Shown one piece after another: positions 35,458 through 50,062 of a stretch of DNA of 64,000 nucleotides. Positions within the stretch are counted from its first letter, which is position 1; each line of letters opens with the position of its first letter. The position numbers and the translations under genes were made by a program. Source of the DNA: Phoronis australis (lineage: Eukaryota > Animalia > Phoronida); NCBI GenBank assembly GCA_002633005.1, contig NMRA01000256.1, positions 344,120 to 408,119 of the forward strand. The letters are read 5' to 3'. The notes below the pieces were generated by a model that did no database searches, was not told where the DNA came from, and worked only from the letters and a program-made list of their open reading frames with translations.

Positions 35458-36414
35458 GTTTACAGCTGTAGTTATAGCTGAAGTCTGTCCCATCCTTCAA
35501 CAATTCCGAAAATGCATTTTCATAAATCTGATTACGTTCAATAGCCTAATCTCTTGAAGACTGTCTGACCTAGGGCCTAAATATGAAATAATAAAGAATG
35601 AGCTAGGTAGCCCTCTATCAAATTGGACTCAAATATTCACTTACTGTCAATCATAAGAGCAACTGCAATAGATTGCTTGCATAGGGTCAAGAGCTCTGCA
35701 CCCAGTAGAAAACCAGGCAAATTCCTGTTGTGCTGTAATACCGGTAGGTTGTCACTATGACACAGAGGCAGTGGGACAAAAAGACACCTTGCTTTATATC
35801 TCGAAATGCCTATTGGTTTCAGGAACAGGAACTGTAATAGCTTTCCCCATATTAATTGTAGCCACACATTTGGAAGGGCATGCTGGCCCTTTCAAAAGAG
35901 GTGGATTTTAAAAATCAATTTTTCTTAGCATTAAGCTGTTGGATGTTGAGGTGACTATTTAATAACTTAGCTTGCAGTCTGTAATCAAGTTTGTAATTTG
36001 CAACGTTGGCAGTTGTTCAATGTCTTGAAAGCTTTCATTATGTGATCATGTGATTATCCTTCTTAAAATATTCCTGGTCAAGTCGATCAGTTCATTTTAT
36101 TAGCCACTAGATCTAGCAAGTTTTTTTCAAAAGCAGAGAATTTAGCAACCTTTTTTCCTTGTTGATAACCTGGATGAGGTGTTTGGAGGGATTCAATGAC
36201 CATAACAGAAATTGCTCAAAAAGAAATGTCTTGAAATTGTTCATTTTAATTTTCAGGTGATTATCCCTCTTTGGATATTCCTGAGCTGTCCATGGGTTGG
36301 TTGATTTTATGAGCCTCTGAATCTGGTGACCAGATATTGGATTAACCTGCTAATAGGATCTTAGATTTTCAAACCATAATAGCGTCCAATTCAGTAATGA
36401 ATTTATGTGAATTA

Positions 36415-37678
36415 CCGTACTCGTCCGGGTTACCGCCCAGGGCGCTTAAATTGGGAATCGAAAAAACAGAGGTTGGGCGGTAAGCCGAGCATGGGCGGTT
36501 AAAATTGAAATTTTTGAATAGTCGGGAGTTGTTGCTTACTGCACGGAGGGCCGATTTTACCCTGACGGAGCTACACTGACGTCGGACTTCTAGCGTGTCG
36601 GTTAAAATATAGGTCGGACTTCGAGGGGCTGAAGTGGAGTAGCGCACACGATACAGTGGCGCCGTAATCCCGAGCGTGGTTGGGTTTCTACGTACCTCGG
36701 TCGCTGCTCGTCATGTCTTGGAACTAAGGAATCCTTACAGATATACGTGCCTTCAGTAGGGCAAGTTTCTTGAGAAAAGCAAGATGACGCAAAACTACGC
36801 TAGATCGTCATGCATTGCTACGGCAAGCAGGTGGTTTTGTAAAGATATGCTGCCGCTAGTTACTTTGGCAACCAAGCAGGTGGTAATGATTGACAGCCGG
36901 GCTTTCGTCTAAATACTTTGAACCTAGTTTGAACAATGTTACATTTTATATATATTATATATTTCTTTCTGTGTTGAAGAGCCAACACCGACCTCCCAGA
37001 ATTTGTTCAAAGCACGTGCTCAGCAATCGGACGATACCACTATTAGACAATAGGGGTGGTCAGTCGGCTGCGAAAATAATGAAGCAAAAACATCATGTAA
37101 AATAGCAAACACACATTATGTAAAAAGTCAACAGGCAAATCAAGAGTTCAAAAAAAAATTTTTGACCACATAGATGTTGATAGAATGATCGACTTGCACT
37201 TAATTACAAAATTGATTTCTTGCTCTGGTGCTTTTGGTTGGGGGCTTCCATTTTGGTGTCAGGAGTGAGTCATTTTAAAAAAACATGTGTTTAGCGAAGA
37301 CACGGAACAATGGCCCGTATCTGCTTGTATTCAAAACAATGCGTCCAAAATAATGTTGGTGGAGTTTCCAAAATCGTTGGTCATGTACCAGCCAAGTGTG
37401 GTCGTGTTTTTTTATTTCATTGCTCAGGGTGGTGATGTTTCGTGTACTGTTACGGGGAATTCAGAAAGGACTTGAAATTCTTGTCAAGTTCCTATTTGTT
37501 GGTTCTTCCACGGCAATGAAATACTTTCGACAAGTGCTGTCTCAGTGATCAGTACATGTCTCCATCATAAAAATTGTGGGTGGGCGGTAAGCCGAGCATG
37601 GGCGCTTAAAAATGAAAAAATAAAAGTTTCGGGAGTGGGCGGCAAGCTAAGCATGGGCGGTCACCCGGACGAGTACGG
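36415..37678. mobile_element. Tc1/mariner (pogo/Tigger-like) non-autonomous element
   Basis: TIR CCGTACTCGTCCGGGT(T/G)ACCGCCCA; TA on both flanks; subterminal GGGCGGTAAGCCGAGCATGGGCG repeats. Confidence 0.88.
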
Positions 37679-38628
37679 TAGATCAGTTCCAATTGAGATC
37701 GTTTTGTAAGAAGGAAACAAGTGAAACGGAATGTTTCTAGGATAATCTAAACGTTTATGTTCTCTTTCAGAGAAAACAGCTGCGCAAAAAGCCCTTTTAA
37801 TGTTTTGCATCCAGGGCAAGTTTTACTGCTCAATGTATTACAGGGAAATGTTTTTACACAACTCTTATTAAAGGGACATTGTCATTTAATTGGACAAAAA
37901 TACATTTTAGGGTTTATGTTGAATGTGATAGGCTTCTTGAAGTTATTAGCTTTAACCAGAGCTATAAAAATTACACTAAAATCTGTTATGTCTTTTATGA
38001 TCTTGTTACAAATTGTCAATTCTCTTCATCTGCTAGATTTTTGCTTAAATCAAAGCTGTTGACTTTAGTTAAATACCTTAAAAATACATTGCCATTTGTT
38101 AGTGGGATTTAGCCAGCAGGATGCATGATTGCAACGGCGAGGATTCCAGGTTCAAATCTGCACTGGGGCTGATCTCGGAAAACGACTTTACTCTCGGTAA
38201 TGTCACTTTAATACATGTAGTACAGCATCAAAACATCTAATTTGATTTTATGTTAATTTGAATTTCATTTGGCAAAACTCATCATGTACCTATTCAAGCC
38301 TTTGTTGGGGGACCAGACTTCACCTGCGTTTGGCTACTCCTGCGCTTGTCTACTCCTGCGCTAATGTTTTGTACCTGTTTCATGTAAAACATCCAACACT
38401 CAAGGCTAGTAAGAAATGAAATGGGTGATTAAATTTGAAGGGATGAAACTATTTTTGTTATATACACATGAATGCAGTCTGAGCAAGAGACTTGAGCACA
38501 GGGTGTTACAAAACTTGTCACTAGGAAGACTTGAGCACAAAACTTGACACTGCCTTTTTAATGATACAGTGATTATACAGGGCCTGTCATAAGTATTTAA
38601 AGTTGCCTTTCACCTTGTTTAGCTAGCT

Positions 38629-38975
38629 AACGAAAGTCAAATTAGGGCTTTCACTCTCGCAAAATCGGCGGCCTAATATTCATTTTCTTGATAGAATTTT
38701 ATTTCCATTACAGATAAGAACACCAGCCAGTTAAGAAAACACTCCAGCGTTTTATTGGGGTTTGTTGGTTGGCTGTCCCTAAGGTTGTGGATTCGAAAAT
38801 GACGCATGTACTGTTGCAGCCTCCAGGGCAGTTCGTTTCATGCAAATGAATATACATTGTATTGACTTTCTTATGTAGAAAGTCACCTGAGCTGTCTAGC
38901 CTAATAGGTGTGGCATGATAAAGAATGCTAGGAGACCGATTTTATGAGAGTGAAAGGCCTAATTCAATTTTCGTT
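38629..38975. mobile_element. MITE with imperfect TIRs of about 45 bp
   Basis: AATTAGGGCTTTCACTCTCGCAAAATCGG / CCGATTTTATGAGAGTGAAAGGCCTAATT; ends approximate. Confidence 0.7.
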
Positions 38976-41534
38976 TTTAGCAAACTTTAAGAAGCTGAAA
39001 TGAAAGTTAATTAAGTTGTATGCTATGCTAATAGGTCTTTTGCACGATAGCGGTGGCTACTAATTACTATTTTACCATGGTACATATTTGTCCCATTTCT
39101 GTGGAGGCGATAACATTAATTTGGGACGCCTCTCTTAAAGCAAGACAACCGAGATATATTTTCGCCAAAAGTCTCATCTTAAGGAACTGAAATAATCACT
39201 GTACTTAGTTCTCTACCACAATTCAACTTTCCAGCTTCTCTGGACGTCAACTGAAGTGGAACTGGCCCTTTTCAGAAAATTTGACTTTGTTATTAGTGAA
39301 AAAAGTTTTGTACAAAAAGCAGCTGTTCGCACACAACAATAGTTGGTACAAATTGTCTGATTTATTAGCAATTTTGAGTGTATGTTCTGAGACTTTGCAA
39401 AATGTATAAATTGAGACTATTTTTTGTTTACTGTAAGGACTGCCCATGTGGAGTCGTGGTAACATTACGGAATTTTTTGTGGTCACTTCATAAACACGTC
39501 CCAGTCTCACTCAGAGGACAGTGTGATGTTTTTTTAAGGAACTGAGTATGAACGCCACTGATTGTCTCTTAACAAGGGCTCCTCTAGAGAGGTAAATTAT
39601 GGAATCTGCAACCCCACGATCTACCGTAAACCTGGCAGGCCTCCTCTTGGGGGTGCTGCTGCACGTTCAAAAATTAAAAATCCAGACCACCTCATTTCCT
39701 AGAAGATAACAGTGTGAGATAAAAATGCATGCCCCAGTTAATACTAAGACACTATGCCCTCTGCAGATCCACCCGAGACGATCCCTGAATGCACAGAATA
39801 TCTACTCTTCCTATAGGGAAACCCCCGGGATCATGGAACATTGTCCACCCTCTTGGTTAACCATATCATCAGTTGCATTCCTCCAACATCGTCTTCTTGT
39901 ACTCGTGAGCCGATTTTAGGTAGCTTTTTATTTTACGGTTACCTACCTTCTTCGTCATGACTATCTTAGGTGGTTTATCGTACGGTGAAATTCTCGTCTT
40001 TCTTCTCCATTTAGTCACATCCGAGTTTAACTCTCTACTACTGCGGAGAAAGAAAACGCATCATTAATGGAGTTTTTAAAAAGTTTTTGACCGGCACAAA
40101 CCGTTTCTGTGCTAAGATGTACCAAAAAAGAAGGGTGTATGCTGACAACAGTTCAACTCATTGTGCGGCGACAGTGAAACGTTGCTCAGTCAGGCAACTC
40201 CAGGTGAAATCTTTGGGCACACCCTGTCTTTTCGTAAATGCGGCTTATGCTCAGTGAAATGTATTTCATTATGGGTCGATGTAATTTACTGCATTAGGCA
40301 AATTGGGTTTATTTATGTTAAGCCAGCGTGACTGAAGTTAGGTAATAGTAATGCATACTAGTTTCCAATTTAATACATCCGTGCCAGTCGATATCTGTAC
40401 ATATTAGACCAGTTATTTTGCCTCTCGGTAATGCTGAGTTGATTAAACAAGAATTGTTTTTCGATCAGTCTGGCTCAATTTGTATTTAGTGGTCTGCGAC
40501 CGTCTATTTTCTAAAGAATGGTTATTACGGTGGTTTGTCGGTCAAATTTTACAATATGCCCTTACTGCAGTAACGACACACATGCACGTGCGTTTCGTTC
40601 TTGTGCGTACACTGAGGGGACACGCCGTGACACTCACTCAGTCTGCTCTACAATTAAAACTTGGTTTAATTTAAGTTGCATTATTTTCGGATTTGGTATT
40701 ATGCATTCATGTTCATGAACCAAGATTGTGTTTTATATCTTGATTTGCGATATCTTAATTGCTCTTGTTTTTTACATGTAGTTCATGTTTGATATATGTA
40801 TGTCGGCCAGCCTGTTAAGGCTCAGTAGGACCCAAAATGTCCAAATTTAACTAACTGTGGAACATCGCATCTCAAGAAATGGCTGATCTTTTGGGTCATT
40901 TTGTGATTTTCGTAAAAACCCTTTTGATCTGCGTAAAACGAAAACGAAGTGATATTTTAGTGAACGCATCTTGAACATTTGTGTCGAGTATAATTTCAAC
41001 ATGTTATTGATACCGTTATTTTGCTATCAATGTACCTATCTTTGTTGCAAATTTTTGCTAAAAATGCATGGCCACGTGAGACATGTAATGGCAGGCGTCA
41101 TTCACGGACAAAGAACCAGTATAATTCAATGTCTACTTGAGTTAGTTGCCTAGGCATGTTGTCACAGAATGAGTCAGTGCCGACGTTGGTGTCCAGCTGC
41201 TTTGGTAACCGATAAGTTCTGTTTTTATGGGATAAAACTTCTTGGATATTAGTTGTGGAATGTTGGACCTTGGCATTATACCGTCAATAATGTACTCGCC
41301 AAGCGTTGTTCGGGATACATTTGACGTCAGACTAGGAGACAGCCTCTGTTGAGTATTCCATTGACCACTTTTAGCGTGTGTCGTTAACCTAAATAGACGT
41401 GAAGTGCCTTGAAATTACACTTGGCGAGGAGAGCCGACGTAATGGTAATTTATCGAGTTGGATAATTAGGAACCATGCGTCATTCCAAGGCTGTGATTTC
41501 ACCGTTGTTTCAGTTTTACCTGGCCTTCATGTGT

Positions 41535-43338
41535 GAGTCCTGATACACCGTAAAATGTAACAATTTCGTAAAATGTAACAACTGTTACATGTTTCAGCAT
41601 TGTTACATTTTGCGTTGCTAGGCCTCTCCTAAAATGTAACAAGTTGTTATATTGTGTGTAATAGTTACAATTTACGTCGAATGCACGTGCGAGAAATGTA
41701 CGATTTTTACACACTATGGAAGTGAGGTCATATCTCATGAGTTTGCAGGGTATTTGTCACACGGAGGAAAACGGTTCGTTCACTTAACGGCTTCTTTCTC
41801 GGATTGTTTAAATGAAATTCTGTAAAATGTGCCAGGTCGAATTTATGGATGTGTTCCGTTGTGCCTTCCATTGTTTTTAACACAGTTTCTTGGTATTCAA
41901 AAATGTACCCCATACGGTTTCAACTCCAGACGAAAGGGGTTTCCAGAATCAAGTAACAAGTTTGTTATTGTTAAAGCATTCTTGCTATCTTTTGTTGGCG
42001 CTCAGTGGTCATTAAGCCAGTTGTGTATCCGGGATTACAGTAAACACACTTCTCTTGGTAAGCACAACAGAAACAATGACATCGTATTTTGGCTAATATT
42101 TATCGCATTTCTTTGGGAAAAACGACCACAACTAAATTTTTTCCCAGAGAATTCAATTTCCGAAGTCAGTTTGACAGAAAAATCACCCGTTTTAGACGAT
42201 TGTTTGATTTATTTCACCCTGTGTTTTATTGCCTTGAAGTCATCGCTAATGCGGTAACTGCCCTACCCCACGCGCACATTGGGAAACAGCAAAATACATC
42301 AGTAAACAATATGCCATAGGTGTTCACCTGTCCAAGAATTTCTTGCGATTACAATATTCATTCTCTACACTATGATAATCGATGATTGCGTTTTGGTAAC
42401 CTCTTAGCCTTCTTTTATATGTGCGTAGTTGCCTAGGACAAAGTATTAAATTACATATTTCAGACCCATCAGATTGTTCAAAATATATCTTTGGGTGTTA
42501 CGTCCGATGACCGATCTGTTCTTGACAAATACATTCACTAAAGGTCATTAACACTGTACAATATCGCAAAAGCAGTACAGATGGAAAAGATCCTCTGGCT
42601 CATTCTCGCAGAAAGAGCAGTCGGTCGTGATTTGGTAGAATTCCAATCTTGTGAAGGTAAGTATTTGTATTGATAATTCTTTGGAACCACGTTAATTTGG
42701 TGTCCCAAAATTTTTGGGTCTATGGGTAAACTTGACGGACATTTGGAAGATTTTAAAAGTGTGTTTTTATGTTTAGAATGTACATCGAAACTCCTTAGAA
42801 GTTCAATTTACCAACATTTCTGTTGTCACGTCGTGAAAATTTCAGGCCTTAAATCCATGGTTCACTTTGAAATCATTACTGTTGAAGTTAGAAGAAACGG
42901 ATTTGTGTACCACATGCAACACAGATATTTCTTGTGATTTACATAAAATACTCTCAAAATGGGTCACTTTTTGTCCGAGCCTACTCTCTGAATGGGTAGG
43001 TATCCAAACTTTCGGGCGGTACCTCTCATCCAAAAATACTCGAGTACCCACAGCTGTGTCAGATATCACTTGTTCGTGATTTTGGTCATTTACTTGTGAG
43101 TGACGTTGGTTTCGTAAAAAGCAACGGTACATTTCTCGCATGCGCATTCAACGTAAAATGTAACAATTACGTAAAATCATAGACTATATAGACAACAGAT
43201 GTACTATAGTCTATGGTAAAATGTAACAACTTGTTACATTTTAGAAGAGGTCTAACAACGTAAAATGTAACAATGCCGTAAAATGTAACAGTTGTTACAT
43301 TTACGAAATAGTTGTATTTTACGGCGTATCTGAGGCCT
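41535..43338. mobile_element. Long-TIR (foldback-like) DNA element
   Basis: Inverted arms of about 170-220 bp built from CGTAAAATGTAACA / TGTTACATTTT modules, with inner marker TGCGAGAAATGTAC on both arms. Confidence 0.82.
42420..42830 (-). pseudogene. L1/Tx1-type ORF2 C-terminal (zf-RVT-like) fragment
   Basis: FQRIINTNTYLHKIGI...CSFCENG...EDLFHLYCFCDIV read across frameshifts. Confidence 0.6.
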
Positions 43339-46300
43339 CTTGTCCGAAGTATTTCCACTCAATACTCAACTTTAATCCTGGCTTGACGTAGACACAAGAC
43401 ACTCGCTAGAAAAGCTAGTGTGTTCACGTGCATTGCTTCTAATGCAAGTGATATCTCATGACGACTTGCGTCATAATTATCATCACTGTCGTAATCTTCA
43501 ACTCTCATGATTTTTCGTCTTCATTTTTGTCGTCCAACATCATCGTCAGCGGCATCATCATTGCCAGTCGTCTTCTTCGTCGTTCGTCATCTTTTTACAA
43601 AATATACCACTTCTTTTTATTAATATCTCAGTACATCATAAGTTAATCTGTTGTCTGCTAATAAATCGGCGGCCTCTACACACGTCAAATATTCTTGCCG
43701 TGTAAAACCACTGCTATGTTCATTTCTTTCCCAGAGTAAACATTATGCGAAATTGATGTTGTCGAATAGAAATACAATTATAGCGTTTAATGTTTCGATT
43801 CTCTCTAAATACCTTCGTCAGATAAAATCTTCAGTGCTGTTCTTATTCACAGGTGGTGGAGCTTATCTGTGACCGGGGATAGCGAGTTTCGTCAACACGG
43901 GACATTGGTGCAATGTACTCTTTCGGAAAAGTAAAAGGACTGACGACGTTTGGATGGCGGAAAATGTAAACTCTGAAACCGATTTTACGTATTGCGGATG
44001 CTTCCCCATTTTACATGTGCGAAATACGTGAAGAATAATTATTTGCATTTACATTAAAATGTTTTTGCTCGCCTTTCGTTCTCTTTATCCAACGTGCTAT
44101 TATTATGTGCCCGCAAGATCGTACCAAATACCATTTACTGAGCCTAGCATCTTGCTATTAGTTTTACATGTTCATGGAGATGTTGACGAATAACACATGT
44201 ATTGCCAGCTAGTCTTGAGCTTTCTTACTTCCGACTGCCCCGCCATATCTTGAAGCATAGAATTCTAAGCATTCTAAAGTAATGTGCTTAAAGTTCCTGA
44301 ATCCTTGATTGCTTTTGGCATGGAATTCAAACTAGACAAGATCTTAAAATTTCCAAAAGATTTGATGTTTTCCAAACACGTTATTGTCAGTGACATTTAA
44401 TTGACAATGTGGTGGACTTTTCTGGTTACGCCATTTGTTCTTTTTTTGTATTTTTGGAGGATGCCATATAAAAGTCGGTTGCATTTGAATTTTAACCTTT
44501 TCATTCGCCAAATTCGGGTCCAGCAGTTGAATGTCCTAAACTCTGCCCTTTTTCGGTCGACATTAAAACACGAATGAGTTATTTGAAACTTTATTGAAAC
44601 GTTTTTAGATCAAATATCGGCAGGTATCATCTAGACATTGTATTCACATGGTACAGATCCGATATGGGAAATGTCTGAGTTGCCTAAGTTCAAAACTCAC
44701 GAAACAGCCCGACTCCTTTCGTCGCAGATATCTCAGGACTAATACCTAAAGTAAACTATCGTTGGTGTATCTAGAACATGTAATATGTTCACAATTTTGT
44801 AAAACTACGATGCAATAGGTGTCGAAATGTCACTTGTTTGAACGGACTTATTTTTCGTAACTTTATATCATATTTGTATCCTTGCGTTGCGCTGGATCAA
44901 AACGCATCACTGAAATTGAGATGCATACGTATCGACTCGTAATGATCTCACGATTCTCAAATACAAAACATATCACTTAAAGTCTCTAATTTACAATGTC
45001 TTGCAAACAAGTAAACTGGTCCCTTGGGTATGGAGTCTGTTGTCTTCCCGCCTATACGTGCATTTGTGACGGAAAACTGAGTGAACATATGCGTTAATGG
45101 TTCTGGGTTGTGTAGTTTCGTGACTAGTCCATTGATTTCCCCTTTCACTAGTGTGAATGACTGATTGCGTCTTTCTGTTGTTCTTTTTTGTGAAGGTATC
45201 GCGTTTTTAATGGTTATCGATCCCATGAGCTTTCTATCTGAATCGGTACTTCGTTTGGGAAGAACCTATATTCACGCACATGCACTAAGGTGACCTCGGG
45301 ATTCATTTTTCGGGACTTATCTCTTTGGGCCACTTCCTGGATAAGTTGAGCAGTGGTGTAGTGGGGCGTAGAACGCGCACGTAGACACAGTGCACCACCT
45401 TTTTCATTTTCAATGTAAATTAAGGTGCAATGGTGCTAGACCTACAAGATGCCCTACGCTGGGCTTCGGGCGTATACATATTTCTAAATTTACTTCTACA
45501 GCACTGCAGTTTAGCCTCTGAAAGAGATTTCGTTCGTTCCAAAATGATCTCGAAACATTTGAGGGCATCGATTGATAAATTGTTGACTTCTCAGTTGTCC
45601 ATATTTCCATGGATATACCGGTGCCAGGGTTGGCAAAACCATGCCGGAAGAGCCCCAGTGGGAGCGTTTTTCCATTAGTCCTCGTAGTGTCTTTTTTGGT
45701 GGGGCCCTTTTAGACCTCTCCAATACTTATGCGAGCTTGCAAATTGAACACGTTTGAAAATGCATTCTGACCATAATGTGTGTGAGCGTCTCTAATTGTA
45801 AGCTAAAGGTCCGAATCGACTGAAGAAAAATGTGTTTGTCGAAGGCGGCGCCGCATTTCGTGTAATGCTGAAACTCCCGACACATACCTACAGTAGTCCT
45901 GTATATGATAGTAATTCGTATTCCAAGTTAAACGTCTGCCCTCATAAACACGGTACGGTCGTATGAACATGTATCCGTAGGCACTTTCAGCAGCTGAGGT
46001 TTGCATGTAACTCCGGCTCAATAACCTAGGCCCGGGATGCAATCTCTGTACTCGAGATCTGACTCGAAAATTTGTACTCGAATCCCATGATGCGCCGCGA
46101 TTGGTTAAATTTTGAGTCCGAGTCGAGTATCGAATTTTAGGCCCTGGTCCACAACAAACAACTTTGAACTAAGTTCCTTGAATCAGACCGTTCGATGTGT
46201 CATTTTGTTAATTTACACCTAGCCATGATGAGAGTAGTACCAGCCGTGCTAGGAAGGTGTTATTTACACGAGAAACCCCTCTTGATACTATGCTCTAAAG

Positions 46301-46530
46301 TGCGCTATCTCAAGACAAAAATACACGAAAACGTGCTCTCGGCGACATAACGACGCTCACAGAGCATAGTTCTGACAAAAAATTGGATATCTGTGTGCTT
46401 TGCGGGCTGGTCACTCGATTTGGAAGTTACCTAATTCTTCTCATTTTTAGGTATACGACCACAGCTATTGTTTTCCGGTCGTACAATGCTTGCAGAGTTT
46501 CCAATGAATCATGTCACTTATAGCACTTTG

Positions 46531-46693
46531 CAGAGGCGGATTTAGGAGGGAGCAAGGGGCATGCGCTCCCTAAAATTCTCCGAGATTGCATTTGGAAGTT
46601 CGGGGATGCAAATATCTTACGGGCAAAAAGCTGGCAAATACTCTGCCCTGCCCCCCCCNCCCCCCCCAACACAAAATCCTGGACCCGGCCCTA
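46531..46693. mobile_element. hAT-like MITE related to 26566-26852
   Basis: CAGAGGCGGATTTAGGA / TCCTGGACCCGGCCCTA; flanks CTTTG and CTTCG. Confidence 0.65.
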
Positions 46694-49600
46694 CTTCGAG
46701 TCTTCGGTGATGGTATCCACAATATGAACATGCTTTGGTTTGAAATAAGAACGATTGCGTTTCGGGCCTTCAGTTTGAAGCGCGCTGTTCTCACGGAACT
46801 TACGTGATAATTGAAATTGTAGGCCGCGGCTTACACGAGAACCTTGTTCTCTTGCTTATCGAAAATAATGAGAATCGTCATGAAAAATTAATTTGATTTC
46901 ACGTTGTTGATGTATTGTGCCCGAAGGCATGTTTTGGTATTCTCAAAGCGGCCTCTTAATTGTATGTGTCTGGCTATTCCCGCCATCTTTTCGCAGATTT
47001 CTGAAAAAGCACATATTTAGTGTCATTTCGGCAACCCAGTGAAATTTTACGGTTTTTGATGGAAAATAAGCTCATGGTTTTAAGGTGGCCTGTCTTCTAC
47101 AACGACTGTTACACCTTGTAATTTCTGTCCCCCGGCTGTTACTAAGGAGACATTTGAATGTGTTTATGGTCAATTTTGAATATATTGCTCACTATTAAGT
47201 CATTTGAACATTTTTTATAAGAATGAATTAAAAATAACAATTCTTAAAACAGGAACTGTGACGCAGTAAAGAGTTTCTGAGGATGTCAGCCGGTCCAAGA
47301 ACAATGTATTCTCTCGCATTTCTGAAATGTGGAGACTGTGTTCAAAGGCTGAGACAGCCACTGATTTTCTGTCCTAGCCTCTTTACATAAGAATTGCCAT
47401 TTGACTTGAGCAGTTATGCTCGAAACAGGTTTTAACTTAAATGGAACAGAAATGCAACCGATCAGACGCAAAGTGTTTGGTGTTTCCATTGTGGACTGTA
47501 TTTATATTGCCGGCATCGTGAAATTTCACTCAATAGATTCTCTTATAATGCAACTAACTTGAAATTTGCGAAGCCTATAACAACAGCTACATTCAGTTTT
47601 TAAACCGAGCGCAAATTGATGATCATTCACCTTCCATTTGAACCGGTGCAAGCCAAGTGCGGTTGAAACAAGTCGTCGGGCTTTGACATAACATTAACAG
47701 CGGTGCAATGCGCTTATTTGTCTACACGCTTTGTCGAATCTGGTACATTGCAAAAAGGAAATCGACTGCTTGGCGATTGAAATCTGCAGCAATGAGTGGT
47801 CGGAATTTCTCGGAGGCAAATGTGTGATAGTGTGTGTACAGGTTTGAATGTCGTGTTTTTAAAAGATGATATTCAATTCTGCACTCACAATTTAATATTC
47901 AATGATCTCTAATCTTATTAACGGTACTGCTACTGCAGGAGACTTTCCAGTAGATGCGCCTATCCTTTGTTTTGCGACTTAATGCATGGTTTTGGTAATT
48001 ACACCAATATGCACTTAGTAGACATGCGCAGCGTTTTGTGCAACGCATAATATTGTTACGTCACCGCGTCTTATCAGGGTCGGTTGAGAGCTATAAGGGT
48101 TCCGCTTCGATATTACGCGTAACTTATGAGTCGGGGAAAATGTTTATTCCACACAACAAAAATAAAATGAAATGGTATAAATAACCCAGAAGCAGATCAT
48201 TATGTCTGGGTTCACATATAATACAAATAGATTATACTACAGCTTGTTGGTATTTGATTAGCATCCCTGCTTCATTTCGCTCAATCCTGTTTTTACCATT
48301 TCGAATTGTTGGGAATTAAAAGTAGACTAGATTTTACATGTTTTCACAAACTTTTGATATATTTTTCAAATACACGTGGAGGTCACTGGCAGTTCGATTG
48401 CCAATGTGTCACGCGCTTCTGGTAACACCGATAAAAATTTATTGCGATTGTTAAGAGAATGTAAGGACACCCGGCTTCGGGAATTTCCGTACCTGGATCA
48501 AAGATAGTGATTCGTTTCGGCGTTAACCGTCTTATTCCCGAAAATCGGGTGCAGTAACTTTAACTCTTACCGGTTGACGTTTGTTGGAAATTGTATATTT
48601 TTTTATTTACTTATTTGTACTTTTTGCAATATTTTTATTCAACACCAATCCCAGAACATGATGGTGGTATTTCAAAACAAACCCGATAATAATATTTCTG
48701 TTGTGCTTACAATAACACTCCCCTTTTTTTCAAAATAGTTTACACATTAACCGTTTCTCGACCCATATTGATCTTTGGCACAAAATACCAAGTCTTTGAC
48801 CTGGTGCGTAGTCATACTTCCTGTCAATGGAGCTTCGCCAGTTCGACGCAGTTACATTAGCTTCGGCCTTGTAGGAGCAATAGCTGACTATGGCAGTTGC
48901 TCTGTGTCGTAGTTTCATTGATTAGACACAAAGTTTGTAACATAAATGCTCTGAAACACACAACCGTTCATCCATTGTCGAACAATAACACCAACAATCC
49001 GATGAGACCTCACTAATTTTGCCGTACTATAAGACGTCTCATCGAAGCGCATTTGGTTTTCTTATGACTTCTTTACGCTTGCATATCATTTCTGGCTACA
49101 GTATTGGTCAACCGACATTTAATTCCTGGAAAGATTTGCCAGGGTAGCAGTTTTCACGATATTTATCCACATACCATTAGTATTCTAAATCAACACATGT
49201 AGTTCGTGGCCGGTATTTCTGGTTTGGAATACTGTCTCTTCACCATTTGCCATTTGTTCCGTAATATTTCCGTTGAAATCGTGTTCACACTCGGCGAGGT
49301 TGGCTTGACACAGGCTGCAAGCTCGGTTTAAGTACGTCAGCATGGAAAGGAGGAAATAAAAAAACACCGACAAGCAGTTTTTGCCATGGACTTTCACAGA
49401 AATTTTTCCTTTGACCCTCCACTGATATTGTACCATGACTACAATGAAAGAACATTGCTTCAATTGAAGCTTGCTTCAAGAATACGCTTGACTATTCATG
49501 AGAAGGGGAGAGGCACATATGTCTTTGGATATTTTAAATTCAGTCCCAGTCGCCAACAGTTCTACCAGTGCCAGTCGCTGCCAATTTCCCTACCCCAGTC

Positions 49601-49811
49601 GTCACCGTCTGGTTTCCACTTGGGAGTTCACCCCCTTTATTATATGTTTCCTCCACGGTCGCATTTTTCCATTGGTTGCCCTGCTGTCCAAATTTTTCTT
49701 TGTGTTGGCCTAATTTTCATCAATTCTTGCCGAAACTGGGCAATTGTCTCACCCACCCTCGCCAAATGGTTTTAAGAGTGAACGAGCCTTGGTTTCCCAG
49801 AGGGCGATATA

Positions 49812-50062
49812 TCACAGTAACCACGTGGTACAGGCAGCAAGCCCTGTTGCCATTACAGTCCACGTCAGAGGCTGAGCATGCGCAACACCCTTATTACACC
49901 CGTCCTGGTAACATGTGAGAACACATCCCCTCATATCCTTGTTCTGGTACTGTATTCGATCGACCCATCCACAGTGTGTCGTCCTGCTTATTTCAGTATC
50001 ACTGGTTATACCTCCATTGTCCACAACGCAATCACGAATCACAACAGTCTCTCCTGTTTCTT
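49812..50062 (-). CDS. Ly6/quiver-like gene, last coding exon
   Basis: ETGETVVIRDC...CYQDGCN followed by GPI-signal-like PLTWTVMATGLAACTTWLL-stop; TTTTTCAG acceptor. Confidence 0.92.

Noticed and set aside
38100-38170. tRNA gene (GGTTCAAATC B box)
   Set aside because: No convincing cloverleaf; at most a decayed SINE head.
43455-43595. Acidic coding-like stretch on the minus strand
   Set aside because: Degenerate GAT/GAC triplet repeat with stops and no splice context.
45769-45795. DHNVCERL* as the VPS51 terminal exon
   Set aside because: No AG acceptor or pyrimidine tract directly upstream and 18 kb away; likely chance.
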